A stretch of 64,000 nucleotides of DNA from a phage: assembly GCA_014685065.1 (NCBI GenBank), contig GCA_014685065.1_4092.1; one strand, given 5' to 3'. Shown here one piece after another: positions 18,237-28,700 of this stretch (position 1 is its first letter; every line of letters begins with the position of its first letter). The position numbers and the translations under genes were made by a program. A model generated the notes under the pieces. That model was not told where the DNA came from and made no database searches. It saw nothing but the letters and a program-made list of their open reading frames with translations.

Positions 18237-18845
18237 ATGAAATTAGAAACAGAACAACCAAAACTATTTGTTAAAGGTCATGTCCTAATTACTGACGTTA
18301 CTGATCCATCAAATCAAAAAATCGTTTTAGATAAATCTAACGCTATTCACCCTGAAAATATGAGTACTGCCATTGCTAATGCGTTAGCATATAATCAAGA
18401 CAGTACTGGTATTCCTATTGGTTCTATTAGCGAGATGCGTTTTGGTAATGGTGGTACAGTAGTTTTAAGTACTGGGCGTGTTACTTATAAAAAACCACGT
18501 GTTACATCATTTGGTGGTTTGTATTCACAAACATATTTGAAAAAAATCAACCCAAGAATTACGGCTGGTATCGATTCACAATATAATAATATTACGACTG
18601 TTCATATTCCAGGACAATCCTATACTGACATCGTGTGTATTTGTACTTTAGGCTTAGGTGAACCATCAGATCAAGGTGTGAGTTCAGGGACAAGCATGGA
18701 CGGAACATATGTGTTTGATGAATTGGGATTATACACCGATGGTGATAGTGGTATTCCTTTAACACATATTATTTTCCACCCAGTTGAAAAAAGTGCAAAC
18801 CGTGTTTTGCAAATTAAATACACTGTGCGTGTACAACTACAATAA
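18237..18845 (+). CDS. hypothetical protein
   Basis: 202-aa ORF with AAGGA RBS. Confidence 0.4.
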   Translation: MKLETEQPKLFVKGHVLITDVTDPSNQKIVLDKSNAIHPENMSTAIANALAYNQDSTGIPIGSISEMRFGNGGTVVLSTGRVTYKKPRVTSFGGLYSQTYLKKINPRITAGIDSQYNNITTVHIPGQSYTDIVCICTLGLGEPSDQGVSSGTSMDGTYVFDELGLYTDGDSGIPLTHIIFHPVEKSANRVLQIKYTVRVQLQ

Positions 18846-18857
18846 TGGGGTCATATA

Positions 18858-19958
18858 ATGAGTGTTAACTATACAATTTATCGAAGTAATGGTAGTGTTT
18901 ATGCTACCATTCCAAATAACGTTATTTTAGGTCCAAATCAGCCAGGTAGTAACCCAGTTCCATTAAATTTAGTTGGTAGAAACAAAGTAAGTTATGGTCA
19001 AGCATGGAATGAAAACTTTTTACATTTAGTTGAAAACTTCAGTTCAGCTTCAGCACCACGTGGTAACGTAAATGGTCAACTTTGGTATCGAAATACTGGA
19101 AGTACTGGTGAGTTATTAATATCATTAGTGGATAATGCTAGACAACCAGCAGATATGGTAAGTGAAGCGGAATGGGCTTCTATTCCAATGATAACTGTAT
19201 TCAACACTGTACCAGATGGTGAAAACAGTGTTATGGGTCGTATGGTATTAACCAGCAATGGTGATTCACTTCGTGTTTTGATGAAAAACAAAGAATGGCG
19301 TGAAATTCAAACATCTCGACCAGAAAACAAAGAATATACATCATTATTAGATATTAACTATGATAATGGAAAAAAATACATAGAGTTTACACAAAGTAAC
19401 AGTACTAAACCAATTGCGTATTTTAACTTAGGTGGTACTTCACAAGTAGATACAAATAACTGGACAACATTAACTAATGGTACTGGTGTCTTTGAATTTG
19501 GTAGCAACTATTTCTATGAATTAAAAATTATGATTAGAGAAGTAAATGATTCTTCTGGTGAGATAGTTTCTCTTCCCTATAATTCAAAAACCTTTTTTAT
19601 AAAAGGGCAATTCTATGTAGATAATCAAGGAACTTTTGTTCCTGGTTCGGTTGGGGCAAGTCAAATGCCAGACCCACGTAGGATTACACAATTAGAATCC
19701 ATAAAAGATGTTATTACCAGTAGTCGCCCAAACTGGGACGTAAATATTGTTATTAATGGTGTAGATCCATCTATCCCAAATCCTAATGGAACATCTAAAG
19801 CTGATTATGAAAATTGGGTTATCAATTCTCTAAACTCAAATAAAAATTTAGGTTTTCGAGTTGATGGTAGCATTAGTAATCTAACTGCTGGTGAATCCGT
19901 TAAACTACAAGCATCCGTGTTGTTAAATATCACAGGTATTCCGATTATTGGAGTATAA
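18858..19958 (+). CDS. hypothetical protein
   Basis: 366-aa ORF directly following the previous gene. Confidence 0.4.
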   Translation: MSVNYTIYRSNGSVYATIPNNVILGPNQPGSNPVPLNLVGRNKVSYGQAWNENFLHLVENFSSASAPRGNVNGQLWYRNTGSTGELLISLVDNARQPADMVSEAEWASIPMITVFNTVPDGENSVMGRMVLTSNGDSLRVLMKNKEWREIQTSRPENKEYTSLLDINYDNGKKYIEFTQSNSTKPIAYFNLGGTSQVDTNNWTTLTNGTGVFEFGSNYFYELKIMIREVNDSSGEIVSLPYNSKTFFIKGQFYVDNQGTFVPGSVGASQMPDPRRITQLESIKDVITSSRPNWDVNIVINGVDPSIPNPNGTSKADYENWVINSLNSNKNLGFRVDGSISNLTAGESVKLQASVLLNITGIPIIGV

Positions 19959-19962
19959 AAAA

Positions 19963-19988
19963 AGGAGCCACACGGCTCCTTTTTGTTT
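19963..19988. terminator. bidirectional intrinsic terminator
   Basis: AGGAGCC-ACAC-GGCTCCT hairpin with A-run before and T-run after; between convergent genes. Confidence 0.7.
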
Positions 19989-20452
19989 TAATATCTATAT
20001 GGTAAACTGTTGACAAACTGTGTACCTTCACGTATACTTTCCCATAGTGAGTAAAAATCTTTCATTAAGTTTGTGTTAAGTAAAGTATTTTTAGCACCAG
20101 GGTGTAATGGTTTAGGCCAAGAACCAATTCTAACCCAAGCATAACCAGAGCTTTCATGATTTAAAGTTGGTACAAATTCATTCTCAACTACAATAACAAA
20201 TGAATAATATTTAAATTTACCATTTTTTGTACAAAATACATCAAACGGTATAATATCAATAATGTTAGGTATTGAGTTGCCCAACTCTTCTTTAATTTCT
20301 CTCATCAGACCTTGTAATGGTGTTTCGTTATGTTCAAGCTTTCCACCAACAAATGCCCAGTTGTTAGAATAGGTACTTCTTTCAGAACGCAAGTTTAACA
20401 TCATATGTCCAGTACTTTTTGATAAAAATATAGCACCAACCGCTTCATTCAT
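19988..20452 (-). CDS. Nudix hydrolase
   Basis: Canonical Nudix box GGKLEHNETPLQGLMREIKEELG (Gx5Ex7REUxEExGU). Confidence 0.75.
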   Translation of the reverse strand: MNEAVGAIFLSKSTGHMMLNLRSERSTYSNNWAFVGGKLEHNETPLQGLMREIKEELGNSIPNIIDIIPFDVFCTKNGKFKYYSFVIVVENEFVPTLNHESSGYAWVRIGSWPKPLHPGAKNTLLNTNLMKDFYSLWESIREGTQFVNSLPYRY

Positions 20453-20465
20453 AACAACACCTCCT

Positions 20466-21809
20466 TTATTTGTCAGTGAAAGTTATTTTCCAATATCCCT
20501 GACGATACACAGGCATGATACTTTTATGCCATTTAAATTTGTCATTATATCTATAATAACCATTGTCTTCTTTATTATAAATGTAATTTCGTACAGTAGA
20601 TGGTTCAATTAATTGTGCACCATCATTTGTAATTTTAAACAAATAATTTGATGGGATTTCGGTTTCTTTATAAATGATGTTATGTATACTGTTATTTACA
20701 TAATATTGTTCAGGTAATGCATTTGAAAGTACTGAATCTTTCTGCACAAACCCATGTATAGTGTAATCAACAGTATAATTTGTATTATCAAGCTGTACTA
20801 TAATTTTGTTGGCATCTTCATTTTCACCATACGACGCTATATGACCTTTTAGTGGGTTGTCTTCTTCAATAGATTGTTGAAATTTAATCCCTACTTTTTT
20901 ATCATCAAAATTTGGTTCTAGATATTTAAGATATTTTTCCCATGAATATATTCCACCGTTGGGAGAAACCGCAGATAGCGATTGGCTAACCAAGGTAAGT
21001 TGGTATGTATCAGGTAAATTATACTTGGAATTAGTAATTTCTTCAACTTTAATACATAAGTTCTTTGGTGTAAAAACATCTGTTATTATATCTGAATAAT
21101 TTCCCATTTCAAAATCAAATTCGTCACGAGCACCTTTAATATTTGTAGTAATCTGTTGAATTAATTTTGGTTTTTCAACAATAGCTGGTAAAGAAAACCA
21201 TATTGTCGTTTCAAATGTTAAAACCATTATATCCAAATCTGGGTCAGTTCCTTGTGGAAAACCACGAGTAGAAAACTGACAATCTATTAGTTCAACATCA
21301 CTAAGCGATGTCCAATCTAACGGGTTATCAGATAATTGAAGTTGTATACTAGGTGCAAACAAAGTTGAGATTTGTTCGAATAATTCCATTTTAGTTTGAG
21401 TTTGAGTTACCCAAATATTCAAATCAAACGTAAAAGTCCAAGGTACTGGGTTATGTCTTACAATTTTGTATTGTGTGTCAAGATCTTTTGTGTACTCATT
21501 AATAGCAGGGGACTTGTTAGACCCCATTACTATAGTTTCGTTGGCATTAGAACGAATATTTTTACGATCCAACTTTAGTTGATTAACACTTATGGTCATT
21601 ATAGGTGCTGATGGGAGAACATTTTCACTATTCCCATTTATAATTGCTGCTGCCATTCTTGAAATATCGGCATAGCGACATGGAACCTTTTTGTATTTTG
21701 GGTTTCCATTAGCATCAACACCATTTTGTACTTGAAATTCACCAAAAACTCTGATAAGATGTTTCAGTACTCTGCGAAATTGACCGTCATAATAATAATC
21801 TATTTTCAT
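20466..21809 (-). CDS. hypothetical protein (possibly virion structural)
   Basis: 447-aa ORF, start/stop overlap (ATGA) with the upstream gene suggests translational coupling. Confidence 0.4.
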   Translation of the reverse strand: MKIDYYYDGQFRRVLKHLIRVFGEFQVQNGVDANGNPKYKKVPCRYADISRMAAAIINGNSENVLPSAPIMTISVNQLKLDRKNIRSNANETIVMGSNKSPAINEYTKDLDTQYKIVRHNPVPWTFTFDLNIWVTQTQTKMELFEQISTLFAPSIQLQLSDNPLDWTSLSDVELIDCQFSTRGFPQGTDPDLDIMVLTFETTIWFSLPAIVEKPKLIQQITTNIKGARDEFDFEMGNYSDIITDVFTPKNLCIKVEEITNSKYNLPDTYQLTLVSQSLSAVSPNGGIYSWEKYLKYLEPNFDDKKVGIKFQQSIEEDNPLKGHIASYGENEDANKIIVQLDNTNYTVDYTIHGFVQKDSVLSNALPEQYYVNNSIHNIIYKETEIPSNYLFKITNDGAQLIEPSTVRNYIYNKEDNGYYRYNDKFKWHKSIMPVYRQGYWKITFTDK

Positions 21810-23311
21810 TCTGTGTCCTTATGTATGCGATAAACAGTATTAGGTTTAACTGCGTCATGTAATGGAACTTTGTTATCACTATTTACAAACTGTGTAAGTG
21901 CTAAGTCTGCACCTTCCCACGGTTTTCTTCCACCATAATCAAAAATAACCCATGAATTCTTAGTTGCATTGAATTCCCATAACGTAACTGGAGTATAATC
22001 GGTGCGATAGAAATAGTCACCATCTACTGCATCAGTTGGGAACATATTTCCTTCAGGGACTGTACCTCGTGCTGGTGGAATTTTAGGACGATAATCTTGT
22101 TGCGAATCAATATTACCATATACACAATTGGACGTGAATGGTTCATTGACATAAGTTACCTTTGGTTCCCCCCACTTGTCATCATTATACTGATAAATGT
22201 GTGGTTCTTTATAAAAAATACAAAAATCTTCCACATCTTCTGGTGGAACATCACTGGTAGTATATTCTACATCACAATTTAACCATTTTTTAGCACTTTT
22301 ATCATATTGATACAACGTATAACCTGTCACATCTGCGTCATTTTCTTTAAAGAAGAAGTCACCATCCATTGGTTTTCTGGGAAAGATGGTTCCACGCTTG
22401 ACTTCCACAGAAATCCATGTATCATTAACAAACTCTTTGAGTACTGGGTATGTTTTTTTCAAAAAATACATTCCATCGGCAGGTTCTTCTGGAAAATCAT
22501 AACCGTTAAGCATATATTTTGATAAATCTACTGTATCAGGTCGATCATCATACAAATGTTCATTTGTATAATGAATATAGGGTACTTCATCATCAGCTTG
22601 CATGATGATACGGTTCATGATATCCATTTCATTGCCATAGTTACTGTTTTCCGACGAACCATCATCGGTATTTCCATTACCATTATTAGGGTCATCTGGA
22701 TTATCAGGATAATTATTGTTACCGAGTAAATCGGAGTACTCAGGTGAGTCGGTTAGCGGTTTAACTCTAAGTTTATAAATGTGATGTTGCCACGTAACCG
22801 AGTATCCCTCAGATGTACGAAATGCATCTTGGACGACATAGAAGCGGTTTAGACCTGTATCTTTACCCAATACATCAAAATCACGTAAATTTGGTAGTTC
22901 TATCACATCCCCTGGCATGATTTTTCTACCTAAACGCTGCATCATTGTATTATAATGGATTGTGATGTCCATAGTGTTGAAATTAAAGAACAATCCTGGG
23001 ATTTTCAAGTCTGGAGTTGCTTCTTGAACTTGATAGACACAACTAAGTGTGATAGCTTCAAGGTTGTAGTTTCTGTTTGGTGTGTCACCAAAAATTAAAT
23101 CGCCAATACTTGACACAACTGATCCTGAAGATGTATAATCACCTCCATAGGATAAGTCAGTGTTGTCAGCAACTTGTTTTGGACCGACATATGCATAAAG
23201 CCACATGTCAACTCCACCAATGTTGTATTGTTCAGCAATGGCAGAATCAATGAACTTGTAATCATTGGTTCTCCCTTTTTTCCACATTCTATATGTCATG
23301 TTTGTCTCCAA
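21806..23311 (-). CDS. hypothetical protein (possibly virion structural)
   Basis: 501-aa ORF; N/D/P-rich low-complexity linker (NNYPDNPDDPNNGNGNTDDGSSENSNYGN). Confidence 0.4.
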   Translation of the reverse strand: METNMTYRMWKKGRTNDYKFIDSAIAEQYNIGGVDMWLYAYVGPKQVADNTDLSYGGDYTSSGSVVSSIGDLIFGDTPNRNYNLEAITLSCVYQVQEATPDLKIPGLFFNFNTMDITIHYNTMMQRLGRKIMPGDVIELPNLRDFDVLGKDTGLNRFYVVQDAFRTSEGYSVTWQHHIYKLRVKPLTDSPEYSDLLGNNNYPDNPDDPNNGNGNTDDGSSENSNYGNEMDIMNRIIMQADDEVPYIHYTNEHLYDDRPDTVDLSKYMLNGYDFPEEPADGMYFLKKTYPVLKEFVNDTWISVEVKRGTIFPRKPMDGDFFFKENDADVTGYTLYQYDKSAKKWLNCDVEYTTSDVPPEDVEDFCIFYKEPHIYQYNDDKWGEPKVTYVNEPFTSNCVYGNIDSQQDYRPKIPPARGTVPEGNMFPTDAVDGDYFYRTDYTPVTLWEFNATKNSWVIFDYGGRKPWEGADLALTQFVNSDNKVPLHDAVKPNTVYRIHKDTE

Positions 23312-23341
23312 AATAAATCGGGTATATCTTTATTTACCTTG

Positions 23342-23369
23342 TAGACAAACCGTAAGAATGTGATATAAT
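23342..23369 (+). promoter_or_regulatory. sigma70-type early promoter (TAGACA, 16 nt, TGaTATAAT)
   Basis: Same architecture as 801-828; lies 40 nt upstream of the ClpA-like start codon. Confidence 0.55.
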
Positions 23370-23409
23370 GTTTATTAATTAGAGTGACGTGAATCACATA
23401 GGAGAATAC

Positions 23410-25698
23410 ATGAATCTTACTCAATTGTTCAAAAAAAGCGACGAACTGGCAACATCTCTAGGTCATACATTCTTGACTATTGACCACGTAAGTGCCACAG
23501 TACTGACTATTGATAGCATCAAGAACGTATTTGAAGATATGAACATTGATGCAGACAAACTGCACAACCGCCTGATGAACTATCTTAAAAATACAACAGT
23601 TCCACATGCACCAAAAAGTGTTAAAGATGAAGACGCGAATCGCACTTCACTTCTAGTGAATCGCGTTGTACATGAGCTTTCTAAAAAATCAGTTATTGAA
23701 CAACTAAAAAGTGATGATTTTTCGATTGATGCATATTTTGTTCTATTCGAATGTCTGTCTTTCCCTAACACAGCACTAGAAGCTGCGTTGAAAGAAGAAG
23801 GTGTTAGCTGTACTGAAGCTGCACGTGCATTGCAAAAACACGTTGAGTCACTTGATAAGGGTATCAACTTACAAAGTATTAATGACGAACCGATTGGAGA
23901 TAAAAAAGTGGCCCAACAGCAGCAATCATCTAAACAAAAAGGTTTGGAAGACTATACAACGAATCTAACTGCTCTTGCAAAAGAAGGCAAACTAGATCCT
24001 ATGATTGGTCGCCAGAAAGAATTGTCTGCATTGATTGAGACTCTTGCTCGCAAAACCAAAAAGAATGCTATTCTTACTGGTGAAGCTGGTGTAGGTAAAA
24101 CACAAATCATCGACGGTCTTGCACAAGCTATTGCTGACGGCAACGTACCTGAACACCTGAAAGACGTTGAAATTCTTTCACTAAATGTTGGTGCATTGAC
24201 TGCTGGTACTAAGTATCGTGGTGAGTTTGAAGAACGCATCGACAATTTGCTAAAAGAACTAAAGAAACGTGAAAATACTATTGTTTTCATTGATGAAATT
24301 CATATTATGGTTGGGGCTGGTTCCGCAAGTAATGGTTCTATGGACATGAGCAATATGCTTAAGCCAGCACTTTCACGTGGTGAGATTCGTGTAATTGGTG
24401 CAACAACATATGATGAATATCGTAAAAATATCGAGAAAGATAGTGCATTAACTCGTCGTTTTATGAAAATTGATGTAGTTGAGCCGTCAATTGATGAAAC
24501 TCGTGCAATTGTTAATGGTTTGAAACCAACTTATGAAAAATTCCATAATGTTGAGTTCACAACTGATGCAATGGATGCTGTAATTTCTCTCAGTGATAAA
24601 TTCCTGAAGAATAAGCACTTCCCAGATAAAGCAATTGATCTAATGGACGCTGCTGCTGCAAAAGTTCGTTCACGTGACAACAATAGTAAGCTTATTACTG
24701 CCAATTTGATTCAAGAAGTTGTTGCTGGTATTGCCAATTTGGATATCAACGTGGTTGCATGTACTGAAAGTGATCGTATGCGTAATCTACCAGATGCACT
24801 ACGCTCACGTGTATACGGTCAAGAGGAAGCTATTCAAAAATTAGTTGATAACGTGATGGTAGCTCGTGCAGGACTGCGTGACAAATCTAGTGTTCAGGGT
24901 GCATTTATGTTTGTTGGACCATCTGGTACTGGTAAAACAGAAATTACCAAAGCATTAGCAGATGCAACTGGTGCGGAACTGATTCGCTTTGATATGTCAG
25001 AATTTTCTCAAGAACATACTGTTTCTAAACTAATTGGTTCACCTCCAGGTTATGTTGGTCATGATTCTGGTAACGGTTTACTGTTGGATAAAATTGAGCA
25101 GTTCCCTAATGCAGTACTGTTACTTGATGAAATTGAAAAAGCAGATCGTAAAGTACTACTAACCTTCCTACAGGTTTTGGATGAAGGTCGCCTGACTGGT
25201 TCACAAGGTAAAACTGTATATTTTAATAACGTAACTGTTATTATGACTACAAACCTTGGTGCGGCAGATTCAACGAAGCGTAGCATTGGTATGAGCGGTA
25301 GTGATACTGCACAAGACAAGGCAATTAAAGCATTCTTGCCACCAGAGTTTATTAACCGTATTGATAGTATCGTTACGTTTAAAGACCTAAGCAGTGAAGC
25401 TATTGACAGCATCATTGATAAGTTCATGGGCAGTTTGAATGAACAAGTCAAAGACCGCAATGTTAAAGTTACATTGACAAAAGCTGCACGTGAATGGCTT
25501 GCGAAAAATGGGGTAAAAGTTGGCATGGGTGCACGTCCAATGAAACGTACCATTGAACAAAACATTCGTGTACCACTAGCTAAAGAAATGTTGTGTGGTT
25601 CACTTGTGAATGGTGGTAACATTACATTTGATGTTATTGATGGTAAAATCGGTATTAAACCGAAACGTACCAAAGCTGTAGATAAAGCACTGGCATAA
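23410..25698 (+). CDS. clpA: ClpA-like AAA+ unfoldase (two ATPase domains)
   Basis: Collinear with ClpA: D1 Walker A GEAGVGKT (24079-24102), Walker B FIDEIH; D2 Walker A GPSGTGKT (24916-24939), Walker [13 protein letters not shown]-track start is GTG 23389; ATG 23410 with AGGAG RBS preferred. Confidence 0.85.
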   Translation: MNLTQLFKKSDELATSLGHTFLTIDHVSATVLTIDSIKNVFEDMNIDADKLHNRLMNYLKNTTVPHAPKSVKDEDANRTSLLVNRVVHELSKKSVIEQLKSDDFSIDAYFVLFECLSFPNTALEAALKEEGVSCTEAARALQKHVESLDKGINLQSINDEPIGDKKVAQQQQSSKQKGLEDYTTNLTALAKEGKLDPMIGRQKELSALIETLARKTKKNAILTGEAGVGKTQIIDGLAQAIADGNVPEHLKDVEILSLNVGALTAGTKYRGEFEERIDNLLKELKKRENTIVFIDEIHIMVGAGSASNGSMDMSNMLKPALSRGEIRVIGATTYDEYRKNIEKDSALTRRFMKIDVVEPSIDETRAIVNGLKPTYEKFHNVEFTTDAMDAVISLSDKFLKNKHFPDKAIDLMDAAAAKVRSRDNNSKLITANLIQEVVAGIANLDINVVACTESDRMRNLPDALRSRVYGQEEAIQKLVDNVMVARAGLRDKSSVQGAFMFVGPSGTGKTEITKALADATGAELIRFDMSEFSQEHTVSKLIGSPPGYVGHDSGNGLLLDKIEQFPNAVLLLDEIEKADRKVLLTFLQVLDEGRLTGSQGKTVYFNNVTVIMTTNLGAADSTKRSIGMSGSDTAQDKAIKAFLPPEFINRIDSIVTFKDLSSEAIDSIIDKFMGSLNEQVKDRNVKVTLTKAAREWLAKNGVKVGMGARPMKRTIEQNIRVPLAKEMLCGSLVNGGNITFDVIDGKIGIKPKRTKAVDKALA

Positions 25699-25706
25699 AA
25701 AAAGAA

Positions 25707-25735
25707 AAGGAGAGCAATATGCTCTCCTTTTTTAT
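25707..25735. terminator. bidirectional intrinsic terminator
   Basis: AAGGAGAGC-AATAT-GCTCTCCTT hairpin followed by TTTTTTATT; between convergent clpA-like and giant gene. Confidence 0.7.
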
Positions 25736-28700
25736 TACTTAACTAATAATATATTTTTAATATCATTACCACTAACTTGTAGACTATCAGTGTATACTGA
25801 AAGATCTATAGTGTAACTATTTTGTGTGTAACGTTTTAACATATCATAATTACCTAAATTAATTCCATTGAATGAATATGTAGTATTAAGTTTAAAATCA
25901 TGTTCTGCACTATACATTACTCCACGGAGTAAATTATTTGCATTTCTAACTTCAACTTTTTCATATCCAATCGATATAATATCATTCATGTTCGCGGCAG
26001 AACCGGATAAAACATTATTTCTAATACTATAAGGACTTATTGATTTAGGTTGAGAAACATAGGTTGTATTTTCTTCACTAATGGTTGTGATGTTAGTAAC
26101 CGTGCCACCAACAACACCGATGTACATACCGTCAACCATTGGATATCCATAAACCCATATACCTTCATTATTTCTAAACGGTTGAATAACACTTGAATCA
26201 TATTCAATAACGTTGATTTCTAAACTATCAGTCATTTTAGTTCTTGCTAATTCACTAAGAACTCCCGCACCAGTAATTGGTAGGTTATAACCGTTGTCGA
26301 TAGTAATTCCATCAACATCAAATATTTCGTTAGAGATTATCCAAACGTCAACGTCATCTGGTGTTATTCCGTCATTGTACTTACCACCATTTAAAGTAGT
26401 ATCGTAGAAAACATCATAATTAATTACATCAATTGTGTAATTTCTATTTTGTTCGTACAATTTGATACCATTCTTCACAAATTCTGGGTCAGCAAATGTT
26501 CTAACACGAACAATGTTCAATGCAAGAGGCTGTACTGGCTCATTTTGTTGTGCAAGAGTGATATTATCATAACGGAGAACTGCACCAGTACTCTCATCAA
26601 TCAATTCAATCGTTTCTTTACCTGTATTTCTTACAGTGAATAGGATCGGAGTTGTATTGTTTTTGATGTTAGATACACGCAAGATTGTTTCCCATGTGTG
26701 ATTTTGATATCTCACGAAATCTTCACCATCAGGAGTGAAAATCATCACCTTATCACCATCAGATAGGTCATTGTCAACTATTTCTGCTTCAGTTAAGCTA
26801 TTAATAGATCTCACACGATAGAAATATTTTTCATCAAACTTCGATGTTGTTTTATTAATATCATTTTCAATCTTAGCATATGAAGGAATACTAACAATTG
26901 CTTCTGTATGTTTATATGGATTGATAATTGCCATACCTTCAGTTTGATATCTGCTGTTATCACGTAATTGTACAAGAGATACATTGTCAAACCCATATCC
27001 ATCAACTGTAAATCTAATTTGACCAACATCACGCCCAGAAGGGTTTATGTCAGATATATCCACAATATAAGGATCAACCTCATCATCTTTAACTTCCCAT
27101 TTTATTGAAGAAGTTTGAGATTCTAATGCTAGGTTATCAAATGCATTCATATCATTGAAGTACTTAGCTTCAGTAATACTATCAAGTATATATTGATAAT
27201 CTGAATACATTGGGTTATTTTGATCTAGTGGTAAATCATCTAGATTTATTTCAGCTAGTTCAATCATTTCACCATTTGTGATAAAATAATCTTCCATGAA
27301 ATCATCAATACTTTGTTCATCAGGTATACTTTGATATACACCGTTAACATTTAAGTAAACATATTTTCGTGGAATCATTGTAATTGCATAGATATCAATT
27401 GGGGTTTTACTAAGAATCTCTTCAGCTTTTTCGTACTTATCAGTAGCGTCTTTGTCGAATAACCCTCTCATACCTGCTAATACGTGAATAGCATCAGTAT
27501 AGAAACGGGTATCACCACCGACTTCATCATAACGATAAACATATACACCATACTCAACTTCAAGTTTAACTTTTACTTCATAGTCTGATGCGTCAGGATT
27601 TTTATCTTTAATTAATGAAATATATTTTTGATACAGTTCACTGCTTATTTCAAAATATCCATAGTTATAATCATTACTAGAAGAAAAGCCTAATGGAAGT
27701 CTAGTACTAGGATTGTCATTATAAGTAAGTCCACTAAATCCACAACCAACTTCATCGTGAATTTTCTCATCACTTATATCTTTATAAAGTTTCAAACGGT
27801 TTGCCAATGTGTTATACTGAACATATTGTCTAAGGTCAGTAAACATATCGTTCTGCGTTGATTCTTTATAAACACGCTCCAATGTAGCAGTAAATTCATC
27901 TGTTGCTTCTAAATCTTCCGCATGGTCTTTATACCACTGGTTAACACCATATGCTGTTCCTAATGTTACATCCAATTCTGGATAGTAGATTTGCATTTGA
28001 TAAGCAATAAGAAGATCGAAAGTTTCTTCACTATATTCTGGGAAAGAATATATATAACGTTGTAATTCATAGTTACTAACAGCATCCTTTTCATTGGATT
28101 GATATTTGTTATTAACACTTACTAATTCATTTATGCTTGCCAAATCTGCATTTGGTTTACATTGAATGTTATCGTAATGCATAATAATATCAATTTCTTG
28201 GAATCTTCTATTTGGTGTAATGAAATCACTTGGTAGTGAACCTACCTGTTCCCATTTTTGGGTAATTTCATTAAATTGAGCGTACTCATAATCCCAAATA
28301 TCTTTTTCAGTTTTGACCCAAGAACCGTCAACGAAAATATATCCATTAGGATCTAAATCATTACACAGACCTTTTATTAAATCATCATCAGATGTCTTTT
28401 GCTCTATTTGTGAACGAATTTTAGTTCTATAAGGTTTAACTTCTTCAAAATATTCAACAATTTGATTAATCAAATTATCGTTTGAATAGTTTTGAACTAA
28501 TGATTGTTCCAAACCAACAATATAGATATATGATGTTTTAAATACCCAATCCACAACACTTTGTTCAACATGTACATATTTGACCATATCAAAAACAATT
28601 TCGCTTTGATGTAAATCGAAAGAATTTTTGAGTAAAGCTAGTGCTTTACGAACGTTGATTTCACGATTGCTTAGTGAACCATTATCATTATGAACACTAT

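Noticed and set aside
23389-23409. GTG start for the ClpA-like gene as given on the ORF track
   Set aside because: The in-frame ATG at 23410 has an AGGAG RBS at optimal spacing, whereas the GTG overlaps the RBS itself; the same logic was applied to starts at 848, 17655, 35736, 46358, 47208, 50969, 58305 and 63517.
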